A stretch of 64,000 nt of DNA from Octopus sinensis (taxonomy: Eukaryota): assembly GCF_006345805.1 (NCBI RefSeq), contig NC_043000.1, positions 109,926,001-109,990,000 of the forward strand, in the 5' to 3' direction. Under the pieces are notes generated by a model. It was not told the origin of the DNA and searched no databases. It saw only the letters and a program-made list of their open reading frames with translations. The first letter of the stretch is position 1, and each line of letters begins with the position of its first letter. This document shows, piece by piece, positions 26,101-39,400 of this stretch. The position numbers were made by a program, and so were the translations under genes.

Positions 26101-28921
26101 TGAGTATTTCTTTCAAGGCTGTATTCTACACCTGGATCCTCTTCTAGATGCCAACCCTTTCAATCATCTCTGGATTCTTCAAATTCAGTACCAGTTATGT
26201 AATAGGGTTTACTTGATCAAATATAAAACCTGGATTTATTTCAGAAGTTTGCTGTGAGATGTACCTTAATCCCTCGACTATGATGGGTGTTATGTTCCAC
26301 CCCCCCCACCCCCACGTGATAACTGAAAATTCGCAGCAAAATAGAAACAGTACTGTATTGTATATTTTTTATTAATATTTATATAATTTGTGTATATTTA
26401 TTTTATTATAAATGCAAAACAACACCACGAAGGAATCGATGTGAGCTTGAATAATAAACCACGATATGGCAGGGGATTACTGTCCAGAAAAACGAAGACA
26501 TTACAATGGGCACAGGCATGGCAGCTGTGTGGTTTTAGAAGCTCGTTTTGCATCCATATGGTTTTGGATCCAGTCCCACAGCACAGCACCTTGGCCAAGT
26601 GTCTTCTGCTATAGACCTGGGCTAACTAATGCCATGTGAATGGATTTTGTAGACAGAAACTGTTTGTCACCACAACACTGCTTAGCAATCACGTTGGGTT
26701 ATTTACATTCTTGTAACTGAGTGGTTTGGCAAAAGAGACTGATAAAATACTCTCTTTTACTTGTTTCAGTCATTTGACTGCGGCCATGCTGGAGCACCAC
26801 CCTTAGTCGGCCAAATCGACCCCAGGACTTATTCTTTGTAAGCCTTGTACTTATTCTATCAGTCTCTTTTGCTGAACTGCTAAGTTACGGGGACATAAAC
26901 ACACCAGCATTGGTTGTCAAGCAATGTTGGGGGACAAACACAGACACACAAACACATACACACACACACACATGTGTATACATATATACGACGGGCTTCT
27001 TTCAGTTTCCGTCTACCAAATCCATTCACAAGGCTTTGGTTGGCCCGAGACTATAGTAAAAGGCACTTGGCCAAGGTGCCACGCAGTGGACTGAACCCAG
27101 AACCATGTGATTGGTAAGCAAACTTCTTACCACACAGCCACTCCTGCGTCTACAAAATAAGTACAAAGCTTTAAAAAAAATGCTAGGGTTGATTTGTTTG
27201 ACTAAAATTCAAAGTGGTGCCCCAGTGAGTGAAACACAGCACATATTACAACAACACCTTACAACCTCTGCTCAACTCGTCTGACCAGATTTTTCAAATA
27301 GCTAACGCATTTAAATACTGCCCTAGTTAAAAAAAAAAAAAACATGCATTACTGCATTAAACTTCGTTTTCTTAACAGTTTTATCGTTTCAATTATCTGA
27401 AGCAATTTATTTCCATTTCTTTGTTGAAATATTGAAATTTCTTCAAATTTTCTTTCTCTTTAAAGGTCTGAAAAAATTTTGCTTAAAATCATTTTCCTTC
27501 AATTTTCTTTGCATCAGGAAATCTCGTAAAATCTATTTAACAAATGTCTTCACTGTTGTGGAGGAGTGTCTTCTATCTCAATACAGACAACCTTAATGAA
27601 ATGAAATACAAATAAAAATAAAATCCAACCCACACACAAGTACGGCCAGGCCTAGTTTAGAGCAACCATTTTTTTTCCTTTTTAATCTATGGATCCTCTT
27701 GATTACTCTTTTATTCTGCGAGACCCTTAGAGCCTTTCTGTGTTTTAAAAATCCTATTAAATTTTCATTATTGAATATTATTAGGAATTGTATTAAAGAA
27801 ATTGTTAAAATATTTGGTGCATTGTAGAATTATAAGCAAGTTATTTGCTCCTAAATTTTAACACCAAAATCTTATATGAACCCCTAAGGGTTGCATGGAC
27901 CCCTGAGGGTCATATGAGCATCCCAAGGGTTGTATGGGCCCTGGTTGAGAACTACTGGGTTTGAAAGCATTTGGGTTTGATTCCACTGCTTTTTAGGCAA
28001 GTGTCTGCTGCTCCTGTCACAGACTGATCAATGGTGTGTGAGAATATGTGTTAGATGGTAACTGTGCAGAAGCCTATTCTGTGTGTATGTGTGTGTGTGG
28101 TAAGAAGTTTGCTTCCCAACCATTTGGTTCCAGGTTCAGTCCCACTGCATAGCACTTTGGGCAGATGTCTCCTATTATAGCCTTGGGCTGACCAAAACCT
28201 TGTGAGCGAATTTGGTAGATGGAAACTGAAAGAAGCCCATCAGGTGTGTGTATTGTCCACTACTTGACAACCGGTGTTGGTTTAATTACATCCCTGTAAC
28301 TTAGCAGTTCTACATACGAGACGAATAGAATAAGTCTCAAGATTTACCAGAGAAAAACAAAAGGTACTGGGGTGATTCATTTGATTAAAATGAATCAAGA
28401 TAGTGCCCCAGCATGGCCACAGTCCAGTGATTGAAGCAAATGAAAAATACGTGTGTGTGTGTGTGTGTGTGTCACCTTGTTTTCACATCACATGATTGTT
28501 GTCAACAAATTCAAAGAATGACCAGCAGCAAGAGCTTTTTCATTCTATGATGTGCTTACACTCTCTACCATATTGTGTGTGTGTGTTGAGCAACTTATTA
28601 TTATTTAGCTATGTGTTTGTATTCTTTATTATTAATGTGTGTTCTTTACGTGTGTGTGTGCATTTAGTGACCTGTTTGCGGCTGGTGGTGGTGTATATAT
28701 AAGTTAATGCTTGTTCGGTGTTTTGTGTGTCAAGTTCAACTTAATTTATGAGTATTTCTGTGTGTTTAAGTTGCCTACTCTGTGTGTATGCATGCATACT
28801 ATGTAACTTAGTGTGTATGTGTGTGTATATATATATATATTTATTTATACTGGAGTAAACACATAAATGTGAAACAAGGTGTAAAAAAAGAGTACTCAAA
28901 AACCAGTGGTAGAGTAATATG

Positions 28922-29098
28922 CTTTATTTAAAGCAGCAGAAAATTCTACAAAACCTGTTACTCTGAGTTTCGTGTTGCCGTTCATCAGACAGTTTTTGCT
29001 AGAATATTGGTTCTATTCTAGCAAAAACTGTCCAATGAACGGCAACACGAAACTCAGAGTAACAGGTTTTGTAGAATTTTCTGCTGCTTTAAATAAAG
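28922..29098. repeat. 85 bp-arm inverted repeat (7 nt loop, 2 mismatches) within a TA-flanked Penelope-like element (about 28850-29100)
   Basis: 28922-29006 is the reverse complement of 29014-29098 except at TG/CA. Confidence 0.95.
28949..28999 (-). ncRNA. Minimal type I hammerhead ribozyme motif with a degenerate stem II
   Basis: Minus strand GCAAAAACTGT-CTGATGA-ACGGCAACAC-GAAAC-TCAGA-GTA^ACAGGTTTTG. Stem I pairs 9 of 10 and the stem III region ACTC-A-GAGT is palindromic. Confidence 0.7.
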
Positions 29099-29625
29099 TA
29101 TATTTATATATATATATGTGTGTGTGTGTGCATGCTAAGTTACATATATCTGTGTGTGTCTATGTGTGTATACTGGAAAACAAAAACATATTTCTCATGA
29201 TTCCTTACTCTTCTCACCATCCCCTACAACTTGTACATTATTCTCTCCCCCCCCCCAGTGCCCGATCATAATATTTCTAAATCTGTCTCATGGAATGTCC
29301 TCCATGGTTTATGCTGCATTAACTCTCATGCAGGCGAATGCACCTCACACGCTGCATTTCTTGCAGTCTCTATTGATTTCTCTCGTCACCTGTGTTGGTC
29401 TTATTCACTTCACTTTGGGAATAATCAAGACTCTAGCGTACCTGTTGGGTTTTTCTCCTTTGACAACCGTATAGGAATAACCTACCTGTCTTGTGTGTTT
29501 GCGCATGTGGTTAGGTGGTTAAGAAGTTCAATCCCATTGTGTGGTACCTGAGGCTTGTCTTTGCCTACAACCTTCAATCAACTCAAGCTTTAGGAATGGA
29601 AACGGGTAGAAGGAAACGATGTACA

Positions 29626-30022
29626 GCGCAGGAGTGGCTGTGTGGTAAGTAGCTTGCTTACCAACCACATGGTTCCGGGTTCATTCCCACTGCGTGGCAC
29701 CTTGGGCAAGTGTCTTCTACTATAGCCTATGGCCGAACAAAGCCTTGTGAGTGGATTCGGTAGACGGAAACTGAAAGAAGCCTGTCGTATATATGTATAT
29801 ATATATATGTGCGTGTGTGTTTGTGTGTCTGTGTTTGTCCCCCTAGTATTGCTTGACAACCGTTGCTGGTGTGTTTATGTCCCCATCACTTAGCGGTTCG
29901 GCAAAAGAGATCGATAGAATAAGTACTGGGCTTACAAAGAATAAGTCCTGGGGTTGAGTTGCTCGACTAAAGGTGGTGCTCCAGCATGGCTGCAGTCAAA
30001 TGACTGAAACAAGTAAAAGAGA
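29626..30022 (+). mobile_element. tRNA-derived SINE family A, near intact. Other copies: 26751-27148-, 63073-63482-, 32640-33000+, 28095-28450+, 55440-55903+, and many fragments
   Basis: Head ggctgtgtggtaag...ggttc, ccttgggcaagtgtctt core, central (TA/TG)n, and 3' tgactgaaacaagtaaaagag; many near-identical copies. Confidence 0.9.
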
Positions 30023-30591
30023 ATTTGGAAAGCTGGCTTTGTCCACCTTGTCATACTGATTGGGCATTAGGAATATGCTGTGGGTCTTCTGGATTATTCC
30101 TCACTGAAGCCAGTGGTGGAACCACGGAACCTTTGTGTGTTTGTGTGAGTTTGTATGAGGTTGTTTGTTTATGTGTGTGTTGATCTATTCGTGTGTGTAG
30201 GTAAGAGCTGTAAAGTCACCATCAGCTTTCCCAGGTCAGATGGAATTGGTTAAGTAGATTTTGTTATGGCTGGATGCCCTTCCTGTCACCAACATGTCAC
30301 CTGTTTCCAAGCAAGGTAATATTTCTTCATGAACAGACGCTTTTTTCATGGAAGATTAGAAATGAACAACACTGCTTGTGTGATGGGGATGCTCATTTAC
30401 AACCACAATATCAAGACAAGTATAAATACACATACATGTGCACCCATAAGCATTTGCACACATGACAGGATTCTTTCAGTTTCCATGTGTCCAAATTCAT
30501 TCACAAGGCATTGGTCAGACTGGGATTATTAGCAGGAGACACATGGCCAAGGTGCTGTGTAGTGGGGTGGGGGAGATAAAATTCCATAACC

Positions 30592-31150
30592 TTCTTCTTC
30601 TTTCTTCTTTATGCCTTTAGCCCTCCAACGCAGAGTATAGGCCACTTATAGTTGAATTCCATGTCGCATAATTTTCCACTTCTGTACTTATACTCTGCCA
30701 TGAATGTCCCCCTCTCTCTAGTTCCTTTTGTGTTGATCTCCACCACGAGTTCTTAGGCCTACCTCTCCTTCTATATCCATCCGGTTTCCACTGTAAAGCA
30801 CTTTTCTCTACATTTGGTGTGTCTTTTCTAATTGTGCTACCAATCCGCTTTCACTTTTTCTTAAATATTTGCTCCCTAATCGAAACTTGATTTGTTCTTT
30901 GCCATAGCTCCATATTGCTTCTGTGTTCGGGCCATCTAATTTTAAGTTTACTACGCAAGCATCTGTTGATGAATGATTGTATTTGTTTATTTGACTTAAC
31001 TGTTGTTCACCATGTCTCAGCCCCATACAATAACACCGCTTTTACGTTAGTGTTAAAAATTCTTATTTTGTTCTTTATTGAAATTACACTTGCGCTCCAT
31101 ACTTTTTTTAACATAACCTTCACTGAGGTCAATTTATTTTCCTTCTCCTG
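30592..31150 (-). mobile_element. Old RTE LINE 3' fragment from a different lineage
   Basis: The minus strand reads IRIFNTNVKAVLLYGAETW and later a GRP motif; GAA-type tail at about 30592-30610. Confidence 0.8.
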
Positions 31151-31407
31151 AACTCAATAAGAATATCCATCCATCACTGGAGACAACTGGTTCTGAATAA
31201 TAACAAAAAATGATGACACCCAACCATTCGACTGATGCATGACACTTGCTGGCAGATCTAACATACTCTGCATGGAATGACTCTGATTCCAGGTCTGTTT
31301 GATAGAAAGGGGGTCTGGGTCAAAACCACCACATGGTAGAGACCATTCTACCATTTACTTATAGCCATTATAAAAAAATAGATATAGCTGTCAAATCTCC
31401 CTTTTAA

Positions 31408-31628
31408 CCCTTTCGTTACCATATTTCTGTTGAGATGCTCTGTCAGGTTTCTTTCAATTACTTTAAATATAACAAAGAATTTAGTAAAATAACTTTATCA
31501 TTCATCTAGGGTTAGGAATATAAATTGTGACTAAGGTTTGGTGGAAGATTTTAATTGAAAACTTTTGAAAACAAGACATTTGTACTGCAGAGCCAGAGCT
31601 GGTTTCAGCCAGGTTGGTATCGAAAGGG
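31408..31628. mobile_element. piggyBac-derived MITE (221 bp)
   Basis: TTAA at 31404-31407 and 31629-31632; TIRs CCCTTTCGTTACC / GGTATCGAAAGGG. Confidence 0.9.
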
Positions 31629-33922
31629 TTAATTCCATGAAAAAGAAAAGCAAGGACGCAAATAATATACTCCAAGATGCTCTGTGCGAATAAGAAAGTA
31701 GGAATGGTCATGTCTGGAACACCTTTGTTTCATGTTGTGTGTGATCAAGGAAAACAAACTACAGTTCTTCATAATACAACACATGCTTGGTTTAACACAC
31801 AAGTTGCCATTTCAAAGTGCTACCCTTTACTAAAAGACTAAAGTTGACTGTTTTAATCAGCCATCTTACTCTTTTATTTTCCATTTTTCTTTTAGTTTCC
31901 GTTTCATTCTCTCTCCTCTCTCTCTCTCTCTTCCTCTTTAAGTGTGAATGAAATATTAACAGTTGTTATTGGTTGGGAATAATTACTTGAGAGTTTTAAC
32001 ACTAGGCTGAGTTTGTTGTTGTTTGGATGGGTGGGGAGATAATGCGTGTGAGGAGTTGGAGAAACAGTAGAAAGAGAAAGTTGAGACTGAAGAGGAAAAA
32101 GGAGAATGGGGGAGGGGGAATGATAAAACAGTTAATAGCAAAGTGGGGTGAGAACAGAATTGAAATTTATTCCTTAATAACTCTAAAATGCTAATGAAGG
32201 TCTTAGGTGGTAAGGTTATATGAAGTTGCTAGTGTGTGTGTGTGTGTGTGTTCGAAATGAAGTAAAGTAAAATTACTGTTGTTAAGTTATTTAATATTCC
32301 TAAAAAGTTCAAAGGTTAAATAGTCTGACCTCTGATGCCACCACCTCTGCACCTATTGTCTTCCAGGGCACCTACACGCCACCATTTTGCCATTCTTCAT
32401 TCAGTTTCACTTGTCTCACTTCAGATTCAGTTGTCGGGGTTTTTCCCCCCTTTTCTTCTTGGCACTCCATCAGCGTGTTGCCTGAAAAGGGGTGAAATTT
32501 ATTCAAATTTCAAAAACGATCAACAAAAGTTGGAGAGGAAGAACAGAGTTAAAAAGAAAAACTCCATAAAACACTACAATAAAAATATTTTTTTGTGTTA
32601 ATTTCGAATAATATTGGGAAAGATTAAAGTAAATGAAAAAGAGACTGCTTACCAACCACATGGTCCCAGGTTCAGTCCCACTCTGTGGCACCTTCGGCAA
32701 TTGTATTCTACTGTAGCCTCAGGCTGACCAAAGCCTTGTGAGTGGATTTGGTAGACAGAAACTGGAAGATGCCTGTCATATGTATACATGTATGTATATG
32801 TTTGTGTGTCTATGTTTGTCCCTGCTAACCGCTTGACAACCAATGCTGGTGTGTTTACGTCCCCGTAATTTAGTGGTTTGGCAAAAGAGACTGATAGAAT
32901 AAGTACTAGGCTTACAAAGAATAAATCCTGGGGTTGATTTGCTCGACTAAAGGTGGTGCTCCAGCATGGCCACAGTCAAATGACCGAAACAAATACAAAG
33001 AATATATATATATATATGTATAATAAATATTAGGGAATAAATCCAAATTTACAGGGAAAAAAATCAGATTTAGGATTAAATCCAATTTTATAGTAAAATA
33101 TTATATAATATTAATTAGACAAAACCACTATTTTGCAAAACAAACAAGGAAAGACTTAATCAATACATAAAATTTTAATAAAAAGTAAAAAAACCGCCAC
33201 TATGCATATGTGGGTGCAAACGAGTTAAATATGCAAACAACGAGAGAAAAAATGGAAAACAGAACAAGTAACACAGAGAATGGCCCTTCATCAGTTGTTG
33301 GCTGTCTAGCTACTCTTCATTTCGAGTGTTCAACAACAGTATGGGTCTTTGAAGACAGTTGCTCCCATAAATTCCAAAATAAAATTTTGGATTTATGGAG
33401 AGTCAAAGTTGGGAACAAAAACAGGACAGTGGAGACGTGTGTGAAGTGGTGAGCTGGCAGAATCGTTACCACACTGGGCAAAATGCTTTGTGGAATTTTG
33501 TGTGTCTTTACATTCTGAGTCCCAGTTCTGCCAATGGTGGAATTGCTGGCCTTGGGACAAAATTTGAAACCAGCCAAACCATCTAACCCATGCCAGCATG
33601 AAAAATAGACTCTAAATGATAATGATGATACATAGCTTTGGGTCGACCAAAGTCTTGTGGGTTTGGTAGACAAAAACTGAAAGAAGCCCACTGTATATAT
33701 TTATATGTGTGTGTATGTGTTTGTCCCCCCACCCCACCATGGCTTGACAACTTATACTGATACTGGTGTGTTTATGTTCCTGTAACTTAGCGGTTTGGCA
33801 AAAGAGACCAATGGAATAAGTACTAGACTTACGAGGTTGATTTGTTCAGCTAAAACCATTCAAGGTGGTGCTCCAGCATGACCATAGTAAAATGACTGAA
33901 ACAAGTAAAAGAACAAAAGAAA

Positions 33923-33970
<48 letters not shown>

Positions 33971-33971
<1 letters not shown>

Positions 33972-34362
33972 ATTCTTGTGATCATCATTGAACTTCTGTT
34001 TTCCATGCTGGCATGGGTTAGATGGTTTGACCAGGGTTGGCCAGCAGGAGAGCTGCATCAGGCACTGGTCTGATTTGGCTTGGTTTCCGTGACTGGATGC
34101 CTTTCCCAAATGCCAACCACTTTGCTGAATGTGGTGGGAGTGTTTTATGTCGCATCAGCACAGATGCCCTTATTTGGTGTGCAGTGGCACAGGTACTATC
34201 ATGTGGGGCCAGCACGAGTGCTTTTGACATGGCACCAGCATAAGTCTCTTGCAGGCTGTTCTTCTTCAGCAGGAGGAGCGGCATTAACAACTCTGCTGTG
34301 GAGGTGGGGGTCGGTCTTGTGTACAGCAAAGCACCAGTCCTTTGTCATCTCCTCCATTAAGC

Positions 34363-34404
<42 letters not shown>

Positions 34405-34800
34405 ATTCTTGTGATCATCATTGAACTTCTGTTTTCCATGCTGGCATGGGTTAGATGGTTTGACCAGGGTTGGCCAGCAGGAGAGCTGCATCAGGCACTG
34501 GTCTGATTTGGCTTGGTTTCCGTGACTGGATGCCTTTCCCAAATGCCAACCACTTTGCTGAATGTGGTGGGAGTGTTTTATGTCGCATCAGCACAGATGC
34601 CCTTATTTGGTGTGCAGTGGCACAGGTACTATCATGTGGGGCCAGCACGAGTGCTTTTGACATGGCACCAGCATAAGTCTCTTGCAGGCTGTTCTTCTTC
34701 AGCAGGAGGAGCGGCATTAACAACTCTGCTGTGGAGGTGGGGGTCGGTCTTGTGTACAGCAAAGCACCAGTCCTTTGTCATCTCCTCCATTAAGCTATAT
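33971..34800. repeat. Direct tandem duplication, period 433 bp, bounded by (TA)n(CA)n
   Basis: Identical ORF translations at 34018/34451 and 34037/34470. Confidence 0.95.
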
Positions 34801-34821
34801 ATATATATATACATACACACA

Positions 34822-35057
34822 AGCAAAACGCACCCCCATCTAATGGACGGTGCTGAGTTGTCAAACATTTAAACCAAATGCACGTTCCCACGGCTTTATC
34901 GATTGCATTCACACCTGGAATTGGTTTTTTTCAAGACTTATACATGCCCTGATACCGTCGGTATCTACACATCAAATTTGAGTGCAATCGGATGGAGGAT
35001 GCCCGAGATCAGAGAAGACACACACACAGACAGACAGAATGGATTTTATATAATAGA
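34822..35057 (-). mobile_element. Helitron-like 5' fragment (a similar 5' end lies at 54439-54700, + strand)
   Basis: TC-TATTATATAAAA followed by (TCTG)n/(TG)n, the same organisation as 58832. Confidence 0.55.
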
Positions 35058-35409
35058 TATATTCTTTGACCCCCTTCGGTCACGAATGACCATGGGATTG
35101 CACCTAGAAAGTTACCCTCCAAGGCACAAGCCTGGGCAAGTTTGGTTATGGAAGGCCAGCAGTCGCCCATGCAAACCAGCCTCCCCTCTCTATGCCACTG
35201 ATGTTATCCAAGGGAAAGTCAAAGGGGCCGATACAGCTTGGAACTAGTGACGTCACAATTCATTTCTTCAGCTGACTGAACTGGAGCAACGTGAAATAAA
35301 GTGTCCTGCTCAAGAACACAACACGCAGCCCAGTCCAGGATTAGAACTCACAACCTCAAGGTCAAAAGTTCAACACTCTAACCACTGAGCCATGTGCTTT
35401 CACTCTCTA

Positions 35410-35466
<57 letters not shown>

Positions 35467-36299
35467 ATATATATATATATATACACACATGGCTCCTTTC
35501 AATTTCTGTCTTCTAAATCTACTCATAAGGCTTTGGTCAACTCGGGGCCATATTAAGAAGGTGATTGCCTAAGGTGTCGATCAGTGGGACTGAACCTGGA
35601 ACTGTGAGTTTGGGGAGCGGACTTCGTATAGCCATGTAAGAAAGTAAACATTCATACAGATACACAAATTTACACACACACACACACACACAAGAACGAG
35701 AGAGAGGAGGTCCATAGAGTTTGTCTACCAGTTCCATTCTGAAGTTAAGGCAGCAGACTCTTGTATCAAGTTCCACACTATTCAATGAAGTGGAACTGAA
35801 GACCATATGGTAACGAAACAAAGTCTGTTGCAGCTGGAATATCTTTGATCATAGGTTTGTTGGATCAAGTTTGACCTGGGGTTAAACAGCAAAACTAACA
35901 GAGTAGTGAAAGACCTAAACAGCAGAAAGTTTAATCATAACTGATTGCAGTTCAATGTGGTGGTCACAGATGGAATGATTACTTAGACTTAGTTGTTCCT
36001 ATATGGACACCTGGTTGTTGGTTTTCTTGAGACACTTCCACACCAGCCACTGGTCAATGCCAGAGCTGCTCTTGCTTACTGGTACAATTGAAATATCAGC
36101 TGTCCAAAAGTATTCTAGCATGGCTGGACTACTTTGTCTTTTTAGGAGTTCCTTGGATTGATGTTACATTATCGAATAGTCTTTCCTTGTTTAGAATGGA
36201 AATGTAATCTGATGAGTTTTGGCTGCTGTTTCTAGCACATCCAGCAATCACACAAAGGCTCTGCTATAAGTTCATGTATCATGTTGGGGGTTGAGAATA

Positions 36300-36480
36300 T
36301 TGGTGGTGATGGTAGTGGAAGGGTGGGGATGGTTGTAATGTTTGTGTGGAAGTTAATGGTGGTGGTGGTGTAAAGACAATAGTGTAGTAGTAGCAGTGGT
36401 TGTGGTGGCAGGGTGAGTGGTAGTGTTTGTATGGAAGATTGGCTGATGATGGCATTGGTGGTGGTGATGTAGAATTGGTT
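36300..36480. repeat. GGT/GTA-rich low-complexity tract (similar at 11620-11800 and 44560-44700)
   Basis: Degenerate trinucleotide repeats that generate Thr/Pro/His-rich spurious ORFs. Confidence 0.75.
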
Positions 36481-39400
36481 TGTGAGGAAGTTGGCAATGA
36501 TGAGGGTTGCTGTGGTAATGGCATTAGTAATGTGCAGCGCTGTCTGCAATGGCGGTGGCAAGGAAGAAACCAACCGTTTTGCAATCAATAATATAATCAA
36601 TGGAATCGACCAAATCTGTGTCCACATTGGGAGAAGAATGGGTGTTAGTAAAGTGTACAGCATAGAAAGGTCAAGTGTCCAATGTCATTTGTGGTGATTT
36701 AAACCTGTGAAAGGTCAGCTGTCCAATGTCAGCACTGGTCATCTTTGTGGTCCAGGTTGGGTGGAGGTATTAGTGGAATCTTTGACCGTTTCTTATTGCA
36801 CCTTGATTAGCTTTGATCCAGCAGGCCTACGATCAAAGAGGTCAGATTGGCAGGGTCATTTAATAGTGATGGTACCCCCCCCATTATTTGACCTTTGTCA
36901 AAACAACCCCCTTTTCCCCCAATACCTGCTGCAGGCCCCTCCCTCCCCTCTCCATGCTCTCTCATTCTTCCTTATGCCACTCTCAGCTTCTCTCACTTGC
37001 TCCAGTCATGTCTTCCCTATCTCTAAACATATCCCCTCACACTCTTATGGAACAACCCCCTTTATCCCCTCTGTGCTACTTATATCTCTCTCCCCCACAC
37101 ACTGTTCACTGTGGGTGGGCCCCAATATATCCCCTACACCATCTATTTCTCTTTCCCTCTGTGTCTCTATCCTTCTTTCTCTCTCCCACCTTTCTTCTTC
37201 TGGGGGTAGCCAAGTATCTCCTCTATAGTCAGACGACTATCTCTGTCCCTTATACTCTCTCACCTGGCACACAGTCACTTCTGTCGGTTCCACCCTCCCT
37301 CTCAACTAAGAAGTCTTTGTCTTGCAAGTTACTTGGGGACCCCACTGGTGCTGGTGCCGTGTGAAAAGCACCTGTTTTGGTGTCACATAAAATGCACTTG
37401 TGCCAGTTCATTGTGAAAAGCATCCGGTACACTCTGTAAAGCAGCCGGGGTTAGGAAAGGCACCCTGCCATAGAAACCGTGCCAAGAAAACCTAGTGCAG
37501 CCCTTTGGCTCACCAGCTCCTGTTGACATGTCCAACCCATGCCAGCATGGGAAACAGACGTTAAATGATGATGATGATGATGAGAATGCCTTGCAGTATT
37601 TGTTCCCATTCTCTACACTTTGGGTTCAAATCCCAGCAAGGTGAGTTTTGCCTTTCATCCAAATCCAAATTGGTGACTGAGCAAAGTCATTAGAAGGACT
37701 TGCACTATACAAGCTTTGCCACCTTGGATAGACATTGGTGGCTGAGAGAGGGGAACTTGCATACATGGCAACTGCCCAGCTTCCCCATCTTTGAACAGAA
37801 AGGTCTTGTCCAGGGCCCTGCCCATCTATCTCCACCTACACCTTGCACATATAAGGTCAGCCTTGATCAACAGAGACTCCAACAATGGTTTCAAATTCTA
37901 GCAGAAAGCCAGCAACCCTAGAAGGAGGCTGATAGTTGATTACATCAACCCCAGGATTTGGCTGGTCCTTTAGTTAATTGTCCCCCAAAATGATGAAAGG
38001 CAAAGTCAACCCTGGTGGGATTTGAACTCAAAATGTAAAGAGCCAGAAGAAATGCCACTAAGAATTTTATCTAACAATGATGAGACATTCCTGCCATAGC
38101 CACCCTGACTTTTTATCAGGACTCAGTTTATCAAATCCCTACTTGTTTCTTAAAGGTACACTACATGGCTTGAGTAAGATTTGGTTACTATGCCTAGCAG
38201 GTTGAGTGACCACATATGCTTTCTAATTGACATGCTCCTCCACCTACTGTTTGTGTCTCTGACCCCTCTGCCTTCAGCTGTTGATATTGTCAGTGGGTCC
38301 CTCATGTAAAAGTGCCATGTGTCACTCCAGATTTTCTACAGCTGGATTCTCTCCCTGTTGCCAACCCTCACCAGTTTCCAATCAACGAAATATTTCCACA
38401 TAACTAAATAGGTCTTCAATGGAAGCTTGGAACTGAAGGATGCTGGTTGTGTGAGTTACTCATTTGCAACAAAGAACTCCTGTTTTTTTACAGAAACCTT
38501 CACCACCTGAATGTTACCAAGACATTAAATGACACAAAAATTGTTTTAAAGAGAGAATATATTCACATAAAAAAAATACATATATAACAACTTATTATTT
38601 TGAAAATTGTGAATGACAATTTTTATTTTTTATAAAATAAAATTTTGTTAACTTTTATTGAGGATGATCTCATGGAACCCTGGGGGTTGCTCAAAACTCA
38701 CTTCTGGAAAATACTACCTTACACTTTTCCACCCTTACATTCCCCCTACACAACATCGCACCTACATGTCCCTTATTTTATCAATTCTAAATATACCCCC
38801 CTTCCTCTACTCAGTCTAATACTAACAAATGCCAGTCCTTCCCAAAAATAGTAGGAAAATTTTCCCCATTTTTCCCCCTTTTATTAACAAGAAAACAAAA
38901 TAGTTTGCATCCATTGAACTCTTTCTCTCTTCACCACAACACTGGACAAATCTAAAACATTAAAAATATCTTATATTAATTAAACATGGTAATTTTTATT
39001 CAATCCCTTATCACCTGTTCTTTTGTTGATCATAATTGTTAAACTTCTGCTTTCCCATAGTGGCACAGGTGGGACGGTTTGACAAGGAACTGTTAAGCTG
39101 CTGGGTTGTGTCAAAACTCCAGTTATCATCTTTGGCATGGTTTCTACAGCTGGATGCCAACCACTTTGCAGAGTGTATGGGGTGCTTTTCCATGCCACTA
39201 GCACCAGTGAGGTTGCCATGAAACTTGCAAGACAGAGTAGAACAGGTGAACAGAAAAGAGCAAAGCTCTCACTACTAAGAGGAAGTATTTGAAAAGGGGC
39301 AAGGTAGAAGTGGGTGGCTGTGTGCCAGGTGTTGAAAGGCTGAAGCATGGGAGCGGAACAAGCACAGGTGTCCTGCTATAGAGGAGATATACGGGTGAAG

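Noticed and set aside
29231-29551. 106 aa ORF after a pyrimidine tract
   Set aside because: No recognisable motif; it overlaps another equally uninformative ORF and lacks a convincing donor.
33270-33330. Minus strand ctcGAAA...CTGATGAaggg, a possible permuted (type II) hammerhead in a TA-flanked element
   Set aside because: Stems I and III cannot be paired adjacent to the core. It may be a PLE remnant, but no valid fold is visible.
36482-36697. ORF with a signal-peptide-like start (MMRVAVVMALVMCSAVCNG)
   Set aside because: It starts inside a GGT-rich low-complexity tract, has weak donors and shows no homology.
36232-37364. Long Thr/Pro/Ser/Leu-rich ORFs (101-173 aa)
   Set aside because: They derive from a GGT-rich tract and the CT-rich 3' region of an RTE-type repeat.
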